This document shows, one piece after another, positions 1 to 9,625 of a stretch of 32,000 nt of DNA. The translations under genes and the position numbers were made by a program. Position 1 is the first letter of the stretch. Each line of letters starts with the position of its first letter. The notes under the pieces are model-generated. The model searched no databases. It saw nothing but the letters and a program-made list of their open reading frames with translations, and was not told the DNA's origin. Location: NCBI RefSeq assembly GCF_000039765.1, contig NC_004460.2, forward strand, positions 900,001-932,000, written 5' to 3'. This DNA comes from Vibrio vulnificus CMCP6 (lineage in GTDB: Bacteria > Pseudomonadota > Gammaproteobacteria > Enterobacterales > Vibrionaceae).

Positions 1-708
1 GGTCTGCGGCTTGCTCGACAATTCTTACAGCAAGTCATCAAGCTTGGCCTTGCGACGGCAACCGAGTATTTAGACACCACGACTTACCCCTATATTTCTG
101 ACCTCATTTGCTGGGGTGCCATTGGCGCGAGGACAACTGAATCTCAAATTCACCGTCAAATGGCCTCGGCGCTTCCCTGTCCTATTGGTTTCAAAAACGG
201 GACCGACGGCAATGTTGATATTGCTATCGACGCGATACACGCGGCAAACTCACCCCATCTCATCTGTGTGCCAGGATTTGGGGCACGTACTCTCACAGCC
301 ATCAGTCATGGTAACCCCAATGGCCATATCATTTTGCGAGGTGGCAAAACGCCAAACTACACCACCGAGCATGTTTGCCAAATCAGCCAACAACTGGAAG
401 CCAACGATCTTAACCCGCGCCTGATCATTGATTGCAGCCATGGCAATAGCCTGAAAGTGGCAAAGAACCAACTCGATGTGGCGAGAAACATCGCCTGTCA
501 GTTGATCGAAGGAGAAAAATGCATTGCAGGCGTGATGGCGGAGAGCTTCTTGGTAGCAGGCGCGCAAAAGATCACCGATCGTCCGTTGGTCAAAGGCATG
601 TCGATTACTGATGAATGTTTGGGGTGGGAAGAGACGGAAAGTATTCTCAATATTTTTGCGGAAGCGGTGAATGTCGTGATGACGGAGCGCTTTTCCACCG
701 TTGCCTAA
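1..708 (+). CDS. 3-deoxy-7-phosphoheptulonate (DAHP) synthase, class I AroF/G/H family, 5'-truncated by the window edge
   Basis: Frame 1 is open from base 1: ...ARQFLQQVIKLGLATATEYLDTTTYPYISDLICWGAIGARTTESQIHRQMASALPCPIGFKNGTDG...; typical WGAIGARTTESQ and GFKNGTDG motifs. The given ORF starts at an internal Met (160). Confidence 0.95.
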   Translation, partial: GLRLARQFLQQVIKLGLATATEYLDTTTYPYISDLICWGAIGARTTESQIHRQMASALPCPIGFKNGTDGNVDIAIDAIHAANSPHLICVPGFGARTLTAISHGNPNGHIILRGGKTPNYTTEHVCQISQQLEANDLNPRLIIDCSHGNSLKVAKNQLDVARNIACQLIEGEKCIAGVMAESFLVAGAQKITDRPLVKGMSITDECLGWEETESILNIFAEAVNVVMTERFSTVA

Positions 709-718
709 ATCACCAGTG

Positions 719-879
719 GGACTAGGGACTAGGGACTAGGGACTAGGGACTAGGGACTAGGGACTAGCAAACTAGAAAACTAGAAAACTAGAAAACTAGA
801 AAACTAGCAACCTAGCAACCTAGCAACCTAGCAACCTAGCAACCTAGCAACCTAGCAACCTAGCAACCTAGCAACCTAG
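719..879. repeat. Composite CTAG tandem repeat: 7x GGACTAG (719-767), 5x (C/A)AAACTAG (768-807), 9x CAACCTAG (808-879)
   Basis: Read directly; 21 consecutive 7- or 8-bp units all ending in CTAG, between two convergent genes. Confidence 0.95.
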
Positions 880-939
880 CAAGCATATCAAAGGAATGGT
901 TACCATCCACCATTCCTCTTCTTTTGCTTCAGCAAGTTA

Positions 940-1728
940 TTAATTATCCAATGTCGCACCACCGTCAACTCTGAGATCGTGCAAGGTAATGTGCCCTGCG
1001 TGCTCGGAAAGTAAAAACAGTACCGACCGTGCGATGTCTTGTGGCTCAGCCATTTTTCTTAACGGAATCCCCAAACGAAATTGCTCTAAATTCCCTGCAA
1101 TGACTTGAGGTTCACCGTATTCTTCCGACCACAATTGCATCTGCATGTCTGTGCGTGTTGAACCGGGGCTGACAATATTGCAGCGTACTCCATATTCCGC
1201 CAACTCCATTCCCATCGATTTAACCAGCATGTGCAACGCCGCCTTAGATGCCCCATAAGCCCCCATATTTGGACGAGGTGTATTGGCCGCATTAGAACCG
1301 ACAATCACCATACTGCCTGAGCGTCGTGCTTTCATTCCTTCTGCCAAGGCCTGCATCACCGCCAAGGTACCAAACGTGTTCACATTGAAAGTGTGCTCAA
1401 TTTGCGCCAGAGGCATGCTCGTAATGGAGCCAAGATGCAATACGCCGGCACAACATACGAGGTGATCAAACTGGCCATGTTGTTCAATCATTTGCGCCAC
1501 ACGACGAGCAACAGACTCCGGCTGAGAAAGATCCAAGTGATAGCAAAATAACTGCTCGCGATAGCGGTTCTTCAATGCGTCACTGTCTGTCTTGAGTCGC
1601 ACTTCATCGATGTCCGTGGCGACCACTCGAGCCCCCGCTTCAAGTAGATGCTGCATCACACTGAAACCAATACCTTTCGCCGCACCAGTCAGAAAAACAG
1701 TTTGTTTTTCAAGAAATTGGTTAAACAT
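940..1728 (-). CDS. entA: 2,3-dihydro-2,3-dihydroxybenzoate dehydrogenase (SDR family, EntA/VibA-like)
   Basis: SDR features: TGAAKGIG nucleotide-binding motif, YGASKAALHMLVK active site; siderophore cluster context. Confidence 0.88.
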   Translation of the reverse strand: MFNQFLEKQTVFLTGAAKGIGFSVMQHLLEAGARVVATDIDEVRLKTDSDALKNRYREQLFCYHLDLSQPESVARRVAQMIEQHGQFDHLVCCAGVLHLGSITSMPLAQIEHTFNVNTFGTLAVMQALAEGMKARRSGSMVIVGSNAANTPRPNMGAYGASKAALHMLVKSMGMELAEYGVRCNIVSPGSTRTDMQMQLWSEEYGEPQVIAGNLEQFRLGIPLRKMAEPQDIARSVLFLLSEHAGHITLHDLRVDGGATLDN

Positions 1729-1827
1729 AAAAACGTTATCTCTTTAATCTGTGTTCACTTATCCCGTCATGGATATCTGCACCCATGCTATAAATTCGTG
1801 ATTTAATGCACAAAAACAAACTTAGAT

Positions 1828-1846
1828 ATTAATGATAATTATTATC
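1828..1846. promoter_or_regulatory. Fur box in the divergent entA/entC intergenic region
   Basis: ATTAATGATAATTATTATC matches GATAATGATAATCATTATC at 16/19 positions by eye. Confidence 0.8.
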
Positions 1847-2099
1847 GTTAGCATTTAAATCGTGATAACTGTAATCTTACTCCACTGAATAAGCAACCTA
1901 TACCCAACCGATGACATTGCAGGCCAGACAAACATGCCGACTCACAAACATAACGAGTCTATGGCATTGAGATCAGTCCGTCGCCACCACCGCAAAGTTG
2001 ATTCAGTTGGGAAAAGAGTGCACTCCTTTATCCGCACATTGCGCCGCTAAAAGAGCACTCTTTCGTATACCACGATCGAAATATCTAGAGGGATCTGTT

Positions 2100-3281
2100 A
2101 TGAAACGTGAAGTGATTGGCTATACCAAAATGGCAAACGAACTGTTGGATAACGAACTATCATCGTCGCCATTTTTCTTCGCTTCTCCAAATAACACTAT
2201 GATGGGCATCGGCGTTCAAGAAGAGCGTCTTCAAACCTTGCCATTTTCTGAATTGGCTGATGTGGCGAATAACATGCTCAAAAATGCCAAAACTAGCGAA
2301 TCAGACAATCCGGTTTTGTTTGGTGTTGTGCCATTTAATCAAGAAAACATGACTCGATTTGTTATTCCAAAGACGTTGTACATCTCCAGTAGCACCCGAG
2401 CTTCGCACACGTCCGCCTCCTCAGCACCACAAGCTCGTCTTATTTCTTCGCCAAGTGGCCACCACTATAAGCAGGGGGTGCATGATCTCTTAGGGATGTT
2501 TGCCAATCAGGAACTCTCGAAAGTCGTACTGTCTCGTGCTATAGAAGTGGCGACAGAAACCGACATTCAACAGCAAGCCTTACTGAGAAACTTGCTCTCC
2601 ATTAACGCTAAAGGCTACACCTTTGCTGCGCAAATTGGCGACAACCAAAAGTTGATGGGAGCCAGCCCAGAGCTGCTTGTAGCCAAAAAAGGCAGCCACC
2701 TGATTTCCAATCCGCTGGCCGGTTCAAGACCACGCTCAGAGTCTGAGCAACAAAATCAGGCGTCCATTCAATCGCTGCTCAATACGGGCAAGGATCTCCA
2801 TGAACACGGCTTGGTGGTGGAAGAAGTTGAGCGCGTCATGAGCAAGTATTGCTGCAATTTGTACACGCCGATGGTTCCGTCGGTGATCGAGACCCAAACG
2901 ATGCTGCATCTTTCTACACAACTCGAAGGACAAGTGTTGGATCCCGCCATCAATGTGTTGCAAGTGGCTGCGGAGCTGCATCCCACCCCAGCGGTCTGTG
3001 GCTACCCTCGCGAGAAAGCCTATGAAGCGATCAAAAGATTGGAACAGTTTGATCGCGGTTATTTTACCGGCATGGTTGGATGGTGCGATTCACGTGGAAA
3101 TGGGGAGTGGGTTGTGACGATTCGCTGCGCAGAAGTGCAGCCGCGTCGGATGAAGGTGTTTGCTGGAGCGGGCATCGTCAACGAGTCGCAACCTCAAAGT
3201 GAGCTTGATGAAACAGGGGCCAAAATGAACACCATCTTAAAAGCCGCAGGGATTCAACTGAACGAAATGTTAACGGCATAA
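2100..3281 (+). CDS. entC: Isochorismate synthase (EntC/DhbC/VibC-like)
   Basis: [29 protein letters not shown] and [22 protein letters not shown] motifs of the chorismate-binding family. Start placed at ATG 2100 rather than the ORF start at 1998. Confidence 0.92.
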   Translation: MKREVIGYTKMANELLDNELSSSPFFFASPNNTMMGIGVQEERLQTLPFSELADVANNMLKNAKTSESDNPVLFGVVPFNQENMTRFVIPKTLYISSSTRASHTSASSAPQARLISSPSGHHYKQGVHDLLGMFANQELSKVVLSRAIEVATETDIQQQALLRNLLSINAKGYTFAAQIGDNQKLMGASPELLVAKKGSHLISNPLAGSRPRSESEQQNQASIQSLLNTGKDLHEHGLVVEEVERVMSKYCCNLYTPMVPSVIETQTMLHLSTQLEGQVLDPAINVLQVAAELHPTPAVCGYPREKAYEAIKRLEQFDRGYFTGMVGWCDSRGNGEWVVTIRCAEVQPRRMKVFAGAGIVNESQPQSELDETGAKMNTILKAAGIQLNEMLTA

Positions 3282-3290
3282 GGTATCGGC

Positions 3291-4928
3291 ATGAACTCTG
3301 TACAATCTGATTTCACTCCATGGCCAGAGCAGATGGCGGACGATTATCGCCGCCTTGGCTTATGGCAAGATAAAACGCTCTATCAGTATCTCAAGCAATC
3401 CATTATTCGCTACCCGACCAATATTGCTATTGTATGCCGTCAACAAAGCATCACATACGCTGAGCTTGAGCGAAAAATCCATGCGGCTGCCAATGGGTTT
3501 CGCTCGCTGGGCCTCGCTGAAGGCGATAACGTGATTCTGCAGATGACCAATATCGCCGAGTTCTATGTCAGTTACTTTGCGTTGATTCATCAAGGCATTC
3601 GCCCAATATTGGCGTTACCTGCCCATCGTCACGCTGAGATTAGCTACTTCTGCCAACATGCCCAAGCCAAAGCGTATCTGATCGATGGCCAAACTCGTGG
3701 TTTTGACTACCAAACGCTGGCCGAAAAACTTCTCAAAGAGCACCCATGTTTGCGCCATGTCATCGTCAGAGCCAATCACTCCGAGCTGCTGCAATCTCAT
3801 TTCATCTCATTTGACGACTTTCGCGATGAACGAGAACTGGCCCCTGTCAGTAACGCAAGTCAGGTTGCCTTTTTTCAACTTTCCGGCGGGACGACGGGCA
3901 CTCCCAAATTGATCCCACGTACGCACAATGATTATGCTTACAGTGTGGTCGGCAGTAACGCCATCTGTGGTTTTAATGAGTACACACGCTATCTTTGCGC
4001 GCTACCCGCTGCGCACAATTTTCCGCTCAGTTCCCCAGGTTCGCTTGGAGTATTTTTCGCTGGTGGCACCGTTGTCCTGACGCAAGACCCAACGCCCAAA
4101 GCGGCATTTCCTCTGATTGAACGTCACAAAGTAACCGTATCGGCTCTGGTTCCCCCGTTAGCTTTGCTGTGGATGGATGCGGCGCCACACGCACGCTACA
4201 ACTTATCGAGCTTACAGTTAATCCAAGTTGGTGGTGCTAAGTTGAGCCAAAGTGCGGCAAAAGCTTTGCCAAAAGCACTCAATTGCCAGCTTCAACAAGT
4301 GTTCGGCATGGCAGAAGGGCTAGTGAATTATACTCGCCTGGACGATCCGCTGGAGGTGATCATCGAAACGCAAGGTCGGCCCATATCCGCCCATGATCAA
4401 GTAAAAGTAGTCAATGAAGCCGGTGAAGAGGTTGCCTGCGGAGAAGAAGGTTTTCTCCTTACCCAAGGGCCTTATACGATTCGCGGCTACTACCGAGCAC
4501 CGGAGCACAATCAGCGTTCGTTCACTCACAACGGTTTTTATCGCACTGGCGATATTGTGAAGATAACAGAGCAAGGCAATATCATCGTCACAGGCCGAGA
4601 CAAAGATCAGATCAATCGTGGCGGTGAAAAAATCGCGGCAGAAGAAGTGGAGAATCATTTGCTGGGCCACAGTGCGATTCATGATGTGGCGCTGATTGCC
4701 ATTCCCGACCGCTTGTTGGGTGAGCGAAGCTGCGCAGTGATCGTCACCAAACGTCATCTCAATATCACAGGAACGGAACTAAAACGCTACTTACGCAGCA
4801 AAGGGTTAGCGGACTATAAGATCCCCGATGTGATCCAATTTGCCGATGCTCTGCCCAAAACATCCGTAGGAAAGATCGACAAGAAACGCTTGCGTGAATC
4901 TTACGCCCAGCTTGGTTTGAGTGCTTAG
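3291..4928 (+). CDS. entE: 2,3-dihydroxybenzoate-AMP ligase (EntE/DhbE/VibE-like)
   Basis: Adenylation-enzyme motifs FQLSGGTTGTPKLIPRTHNDYAYS, AHNFPLSSPG, VFGMAEGLVNYTRLDD, YRTGD, LPKTSVGKIDKKRL. Confidence 0.93.
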   Translation: MNSVQSDFTPWPEQMADDYRRLGLWQDKTLYQYLKQSIIRYPTNIAIVCRQQSITYAELERKIHAAANGFRSLGLAEGDNVILQMTNIAEFYVSYFALIHQGIRPILALPAHRHAEISYFCQHAQAKAYLIDGQTRGFDYQTLAEKLLKEHPCLRHVIVRANHSELLQSHFISFDDFRDERELAPVSNASQVAFFQLSGGTTGTPKLIPRTHNDYAYSVVGSNAICGFNEYTRYLCALPAAHNFPLSSPGSLGVFFAGGTVVLTQDPTPKAAFPLIERHKVTVSALVPPLALLWMDAAPHARYNLSSLQLIQVGGAKLSQSAAKALPKALNCQLQQVFGMAEGLVNYTRLDDPLEVIIETQGRPISAHDQVKVVNEAGEEVACGEEGFLLTQGPYTIRGYYRAPEHNQRSFTHNGFYRTGDIVKITEQGNIIVTGRDKDQINRGGEKIAAEEVENHLLGHSAIHDVALIAIPDRLLGERSCAVIVTKRHLNITGTELKRYLRSKGLADYKIPDVIQFADALPKTSVGKIDKKRLRESYAQLGLSA

Positions 4929-4976
4929 TAGCGAAAAGTAAGTCGTGAACAGAACGGAATAAAAAAACGGAATAAA

Positions 4977-5015
4977 AAGAAAGCCGATTTTAATGAAATC
5001 GGCTTTCTTCTGTTT
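4977..5015. terminator. Bidirectional rho-independent terminator between the convergent entE-like and viuB-like genes
   Basis: AAGAAAGCCGATTT-TAATG-AAATCGGCTTTCTT, a perfect 14-bp stem. Confidence 0.85.
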
Positions 5016-5046
5016 CGAGGCGCTATCGATGAACAACGGCAGTGGA

Positions 5047-5862
5047 CTAATACACTGCATCCATCACATCATGACGTTCATCGTGATACGCTTCTTCCGT
5101 CTTACCTCTTTTCCAGTAAGGAATCGCGTAGAGCTTGTCACGCGCGATCTGATAGTCATTGCGCAAGATCTTACGGCAGTTGATCACACTCTGGTTTTCA
5201 CCCGCGATAAAAGCAGACAGCGAGGTCGCTTTCTCTGGGGAGGGTAGTTGCTTAATCGCCTTAGCTAATGCGGGCTCGGCATCATGAGGATTGCGCATCA
5301 ACCAATTGATGGCCATCTCTTCTGGATGAACAAGATCGTGGATATCTTCAATCTCATCCACCTCAATAAACACATAGCCTTTGGCGTCACTGGGCAACTT
5401 TTCCAAGATGGCACTAATCGCAGGCACCGCCGAGAGATCACCTGCGATTATATGCCAATCCGCGGGTTCAATGAGCGGGTCAGGTCCTGCTGGCCCAATT
5501 AAACCAATCTGCGAGCCGATGTCTGCCTTTAGTGCCCAACCACCGCCCGGAGTCTCCTCCCCATGCGTCACAAAATCGATGTCCAGCTCATTCACCGCCG
5601 CACGATATTGTCTGACCGAGTAAGCTCTCGGAACGGGTTTGTGTTCAGGCCAAATGACGTTGTCCCCTTCTCGCACCGGCAACTGGAGAATGCCACTTGC
5701 TTGGTTGGGGAAAAACACTTTGATGTGCGAACCATTTTGGTCTTCCGGGAAGCCGATTAAATCCTCTCCGGTTAACGTTACTCGGAGTAAGTTTTTTGAG
5801 ATGGTTTCTTTGCGTACAAAATCCAGTAACATTGGATAGACGCGCTCTGGGCTGTCACTCAT
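5047..5862 (-). CDS. viuB: Siderophore-interacting protein / ferric siderophore reductase (ViuB/VuuB family)
   Basis: PRAYSVRQY (FAD binding), GPAGPDPL and DLSAVPAISAILE are typical of the SIP family; siderophore locus context. Confidence 0.88.
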   Translation of the reverse strand: MSDSPERVYPMLLDFVRKETISKNLLRVTLTGEDLIGFPEDQNGSHIKVFFPNQASGILQLPVREGDNVIWPEHKPVPRAYSVRQYRAAVNELDIDFVTHGEETPGGGWALKADIGSQIGLIGPAGPDPLIEPADWHIIAGDLSAVPAISAILEKLPSDAKGYVFIEVDEIEDIHDLVHPEEMAINWLMRNPHDAEPALAKAIKQLPSPEKATSLSAFIAGENQSVINCRKILRNDYQIARDKLYAIPYWKRGKTEEAYHDERHDVMDAVY

Positions 5863-5925
5863 TCTTTCACCTAATCTTTTTTGTTATTTTTGCCTAGCTG
5901 ACGTTGTTATCTTTGACCTTCACAC

Positions 5926-6813
5926 TTAGGCGACGGCCATGGTTTGTTCTTCATTTCTCGCTTGTTCAATCACCAGCCACCACTCTCTAAGCGAAGCCGC
6001 TTCCATCAATTGACCAAACGAAATGTTCTCACCCTGTTGATGCCATTTTTCCACCAACACCATCGCCCGCATCGAGTCCAAGCCAACGAACATTAAATCC
6101 TCATCAAGATCAACCTCGTCTGGTTGTATTCCTAAGCTCGTCGCAACGTCCTGCTGGATCTGTTCCAGCGTTAGCGGCTTTTGCGAACGGATTTCATCTA
6201 ATGCCTCATCGAGACGCTTTACGCTGCCACTACGACTGGCCACGTATTCCAAGGTCCGCAAATGATCTTCTCGAGTAAAATCCGCAATAGCATCACCAAT
6301 CACAAACGGCTGGATGTCCAGCATGAAGGCGTCTAACGTGGTCGAAAGTATGCCGATATGGCCATAAATCCCAGAAATGATGAGCTGGCTTTTCCCTTGC
6401 GCGCGCATAAACTCGAGCAATGGGGTTTTCTTAAATGCGCTGTAACGCCATTTGACGTATTCAATGTCACCCTCTTCCGGGCTGAGCGCTTCAACGATAG
6501 GTACATGATCGCCATTCAGGCCCGGCCCCCAGAAATCAGTGAGCAGCGCTCGGTCTGTCGGATGTTGGTTAGCAGGCTGCGCCGTATAGATAACGGGAAT
6601 GCCCGCTTTTTTCGCTGCGGCTTTTAAGCGTTGAATATGTTGAATGATGTCAACAACTGGCGATGAATCTGGCTGATAATAGTTGACGAAATATTCTTGC
6701 ATATCGTGGATCAAAAGTACGGCCTGGTCGGGATCGATTGTCCAGCCCGTTCTGTTATCTGGAAACTCAGCGGGGGTTGGCAACGGATAGCCAGCAATTT
6801 TGGGGATTCCCAT
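5926..6813 (-). CDS. entB: Isochorismatase fused to an aryl carrier protein domain (EntB/VibB-like)
   Basis: [20 protein letters not shown]..., [33 protein letters not shown]; C-terminal carrier domain with the phosphopantetheine site [10 protein letters not shown]. Confidence 0.93.
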   Translation of the reverse strand: MGIPKIAGYPLPTPAEFPDNRTGWTIDPDQAVLLIHDMQEYFVNYYQPDSSPVVDIIQHIQRLKAAAKKAGIPVIYTAQPANQHPTDRALLTDFWGPGLNGDHVPIVEALSPEEGDIEYVKWRYSAFKKTPLLEFMRAQGKSQLIISGIYGHIGILSTTLDAFMLDIQPFVIGDAIADFTREDHLRTLEYVASRSGSVKRLDEALDEIRSQKPLTLEQIQQDVATSLGIQPDEVDLDEDLMFVGLDSMRAMVLVEKWHQQGENISFGQLMEAASLREWWLVIEQARNEEQTMAVA

Positions 6814-6915
6814 GTTGATAATCCTTTCATTTTGTTTGTCATGATGGTGGCGGTTCGATTACGCGCCACTCACAGACGAAGCATGACGGTTAGCGTCGTT
6901 TTTACGAGTGATAAG

Positions 6916-7245
6916 CTAATCTTGGCTCACTGGCGCAAGGCCTTTTTGGCTGCGCCAATGCTGGATCTGCTGACTGATGTACCATTGGATAATGTTGTCA
7001 AAAAGTGCTTCCACATACTCTTCTGATAACCCCTGTTCATTAGCCCAATGCCGGCGTTCTTCCAGCATGGACGCCACTCGCTCAGGGGCAGGTATGCTTT
7101 TCTCATCGGGTTTAAATTGTGCGGCAGCTTTCACGTATCCCATTCTCTGAGAGAGGATATGGACAATCTCTTTATCAAGAGTGTCGATTCCCAGTCGAAT
7201 ATCATTGAGGCTTTCACACGCTTCTGGTTTCTTCAACGATGCCAC
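6916..7245 (-). CDS. pchB: Isochorismate pyruvate lyase (PchB-like, chorismate mutase fold): salicylate biosynthesis
   Basis: ESLNDIRLGIDTLDKEIVHILSQRMGYVKAAAQFKPDEKSIPAPERVASMLEERRHWAN...IIQWYISQQIQHWR, the diagnostic pattern of PchB-type AroQ lyases. Confidence 0.9.
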   Translation of the reverse strand: MASLKKPEACESLNDIRLGIDTLDKEIVHILSQRMGYVKAAAQFKPDEKSIPAPERVASMLEERRHWANEQGLSEEYVEALFDNIIQWYISQQIQHWRSQKGLAPVSQD

Positions 7246-7361
7246 GGTTATTTCCTTTCGATTGAATTCCTTGCTTTATGTGCGTCCGCCTCGCAGCGGT
7301 TGGCACAGACAAACAGGTTATTTCAGTGGTTGTTCACTTCGAAACCACACAAAACATAAAT

Positions 7362-7380
7362 GAGAATGTATATCATTAAC
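7362..7380. promoter_or_regulatory. Fur-box-like site upstream of the pchB-entB-viuB gene set
   Basis: GAGAATGTATATCATTAAC, about 14/19 to the Fur consensus, with a further overlapping half (AATGATTATA) to 7390. Confidence 0.6.
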
Positions 7381-7473
7381 AATGATTATACAACCGCACA
7401 CAACCATTTCTTTACCATACGGCCACCTACCCTCGTCGTGTTTTTCTTTTTCGACCAATAGGTTGTAGAACCA

Positions 7474-9102
7474 TCACGGCAGAATGGTGCTTAAAATGCG
7501 CTTCTTGTCGATTTTACCTACGGCCGTTTTTGGCAACGATTTGACCGCAAACAGTTCATCAGGAAGTTTGAATGCGGCGATCTCTTTGGTTTGGAGAAAT
7601 TGCCGAATGTCTCGCAACATAATTTCGGGACCTCGAATGACGGCGGCGACGGCGATTTTTTCACCTAAATGAGCATCTGGCAGGGGAAACACCGCTACTT
7701 GGGCAATTTGTGGATGCGACAATAAGAGCTCTTCTAACTCATCAGCAGCAATGTTTTCGCCAGCACGAATGATCACATCCTTTATCCGTCCAGTGACCGT
7801 GAAGTAACCGTTGGCATCGACGACCACGCGATCGCCACTGCGATAATACCCTTCATCCGTAAACGCCCGCAGATTATGCTCTGGCGCACGGTAATATCCG
7901 CTAAGCGTGTAAGGCCCTCGGGTCAGCAGTTCCCCTTCCTCTCCAATCGCAACTGGCTTGCCTTGATCATCCACAACGAGGACCTCGTCCCATTCGCTGA
8001 CAGGACGACCTTGCCTTGTTGCAATAATTTCTTTGTCGTCGCCCAAACGGGTACACGCAATCAAACCTTCCGCCATACCAAAAACTTGCTGCAACGCGTT
8101 TGGAAAGGCGTTTTGCATTTCCAGCGCATCGCTATAGGCAAGCTTGGAACCACCGACTTGCATCAAACGCAAACTCGAACGATCCGTCGACTCCCATTGA
8201 GTTGCCTCCGTCCACAGCTGCGCCAATGCAGGCACCAACGCCGTTGCGGTAATACACTGTTTTTCAATAAGTTCAAAACAATAATCTGGGCTTGGGTTGG
8301 TGGTCAAAACCACTTTGCCGCCAGCATTCAACACCCCTAAGATCCCAGGACAGCCCAAGGTAAAATTGTGTGCCGCAGGCAACACCGCCAAATACACATC
8401 CTGCGCGCTGATTTCACTGGCTTTCGCACATTGCTCAACATTAAACAGATAATCATTGTGAGTTCGGGGGATAAGTTTGGGTAGCCCTGTCGTGCCTCCA
8501 GAAACGAGGAAAAGTGCCGGGTGTTCTGGGTCTACCATCGCTGGTGTAAAATCGCCAGCGTCACACTCTGGCAACGGCGAAAATTGACCAAAATGCCCGC
8601 TGATATAGCAGCGTATGGACACTGATAGTTCCGCTTGCAACTGAGTGGCAATCGCCAACGCTTTGTCATCCTTTTCATGATTGGAGCCGATGTACACTTT
8701 TGCCTCAGAGAGTTGCATAAAGTGGCGAATTTCGACCAAACCGTGTGCAGGTAATGCCAGTACGGGAACCACACCAAGGCGCTGAAGAGCAAAAAACACG
8801 ACGAGAAAATCGAGTGTATTGGCTAGCTGCAAGACAACACTGTCACCACACACAAGCCCTTCTTCTCGCAACCCAGCAGCGATCCTATCCACATGATTGG
8901 CCAACTCGAGATAGCTCAGTGAAGTGTGGTTATCGGTCACCGCTATCCTATCAGGGTGACGCTCTACTCCCTGATGAAGAATTTGCCACAGCGGCAAATT
9001 GCGCCACAAATTTGCAGCCTGATATTGTTCACGTTGAATACTAGGTTTACGCACAAAGCCATCGAGTATCTGCTTTGGTGTTTCGGTTGTCGCGACGACC
9101 AT
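7474..9102 (-). CDS. Aryl-AMP ligase, probably salicylate-activating (YbtE/PchD/MbtA-like specificity)
   Basis: FLVSGGTTGLPKLIPRTHNDYLFN, AHNFTLGCPG, VFGMAEGLIACTR, YRSGDR, LPKTAVGKIDKKRIL. Cys replaces the DHB-type Ser in AHNF(P/T)L(S/G)(S/C)PG. Confidence 0.85.
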   Translation of the reverse strand: MVVATTETPKQILDGFVRKPSIQREQYQAANLWRNLPLWQILHQGVERHPDRIAVTDNHTSLSYLELANHVDRIAAGLREEGLVCGDSVVLQLANTLDFLVVFFALQRLGVVPVLALPAHGLVEIRHFMQLSEAKVYIGSNHEKDDKALAIATQLQAELSVSIRCYISGHFGQFSPLPECDAGDFTPAMVDPEHPALFLVSGGTTGLPKLIPRTHNDYLFNVEQCAKASEISAQDVYLAVLPAAHNFTLGCPGILGVLNAGGKVVLTTNPSPDYCFELIEKQCITATALVPALAQLWTEATQWESTDRSSLRLMQVGGSKLAYSDALEMQNAFPNALQQVFGMAEGLIACTRLGDDKEIIATRQGRPVSEWDEVLVVDDQGKPVAIGEEGELLTRGPYTLSGYYRAPEHNLRAFTDEGYYRSGDRVVVDANGYFTVTGRIKDVIIRAGENIAADELEELLLSHPQIAQVAVFPLPDAHLGEKIAVAAVIRGPEIMLRDIRQFLQTKEIAAFKLPDELFAVKSLPKTAVGKIDKKRILSTILP

Positions 9103-9218
9103 ATCTATCCTTGCCTTTCTTTAAGGTCACTCCTATTTGGATTACTGGCCGTAGCACTAGGCATGAGTAACCCAAACCAATACGCAAATCAGTGATATTA
9201 ATAACACCAAATGCAAAT

Positions 9219-9237
9219 GGTAATAATAATCATTTGA
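9219..9237. promoter_or_regulatory. Fur-box-like site in the divergent region between the aryl-AMP ligase (-) and the carrier protein (+)
   Basis: GGTAATAATAATCATTTGA within the inverted repeat CAAATG...CATTTG; about 14/19 to consensus. Confidence 0.55.
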
Positions 9238-9327
9238 ACAGATCAATCAAGTAATGATATGGTTAATTCCTACACTTAGCCGCAAAGAAAATCGGCAATA
9301 AGTCACGAAAAATGAAAGGAAATTATT

Positions 9328-9570
9328 TTGTCAGAACCTCTAAAAGAGTTTGATTTGCTTGCCACGCTCAGCGAGTTACTGCGAGTCAGCGAAGCTGAAA
9401 TTCAGTCCGACACTAACCTGATTGAACTGGGCCTCGACTCCATCAGTTTAATGCGCCTCACTGGTCGCCTTCGCCAAGTGGGTATCGAAGTCAACTTTGC
9501 CCAACTGATGAACTCACCAACGTTCAGCTCTTGGCAAACCATCATTTTCAACGCAAAGGCACTTGCCTAA
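9328..9570 (+). CDS. Standalone aryl/peptidyl carrier protein (about 80 aa)
   Basis: LIELGLDSISLMRLTGRLRQVGIEVNFAQLMNSPTFSSW carries the phosphopantetheine attachment motif LGLDS; TTG start preceded by an AAAGGA Shine-Dalgarno. Confidence 0.85.
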   Translation: MSEPLKEFDLLATLSELLRVSEAEIQSDTNLIELGLDSISLMRLTGRLRQVGIEVNFAQLMNSPTFSSWQTIIFNAKALA

Positions 9571-9625
9571 AGCACCACGGACATGGGCTATTTGTTCGAA
9601 ATAGCCTTTTCAATAGGACAAAAAA

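Noticed and set aside
719-879. CTAG array considered as a CRISPR array
   Set aside because: Units are only 7-8 bp with no spacers and no cas genes nearby; it is a simple tandem repeat.
1086-1304. ORFs overlapping the entA-like gene (1086-1304 minus, 1283-1465 plus)
   Set aside because: Alternative frames of a clear SDR gene.
4806-5060. Short ORFs 4806-5060 and 4993-5247 spanning the convergent entE-viuB junction
   Set aside because: They overlap the bidirectional terminator and flanking coding ends and have no protein motif.
5926-7245. Possibility that the PchB-like gene is the chorismate mutase of primary metabolism
   Set aside because: The ...IPAPERVASMLEERRHWA... pattern and the adjacent EntB-like gene favour isochorismate pyruvate lyase; substrate not proven.
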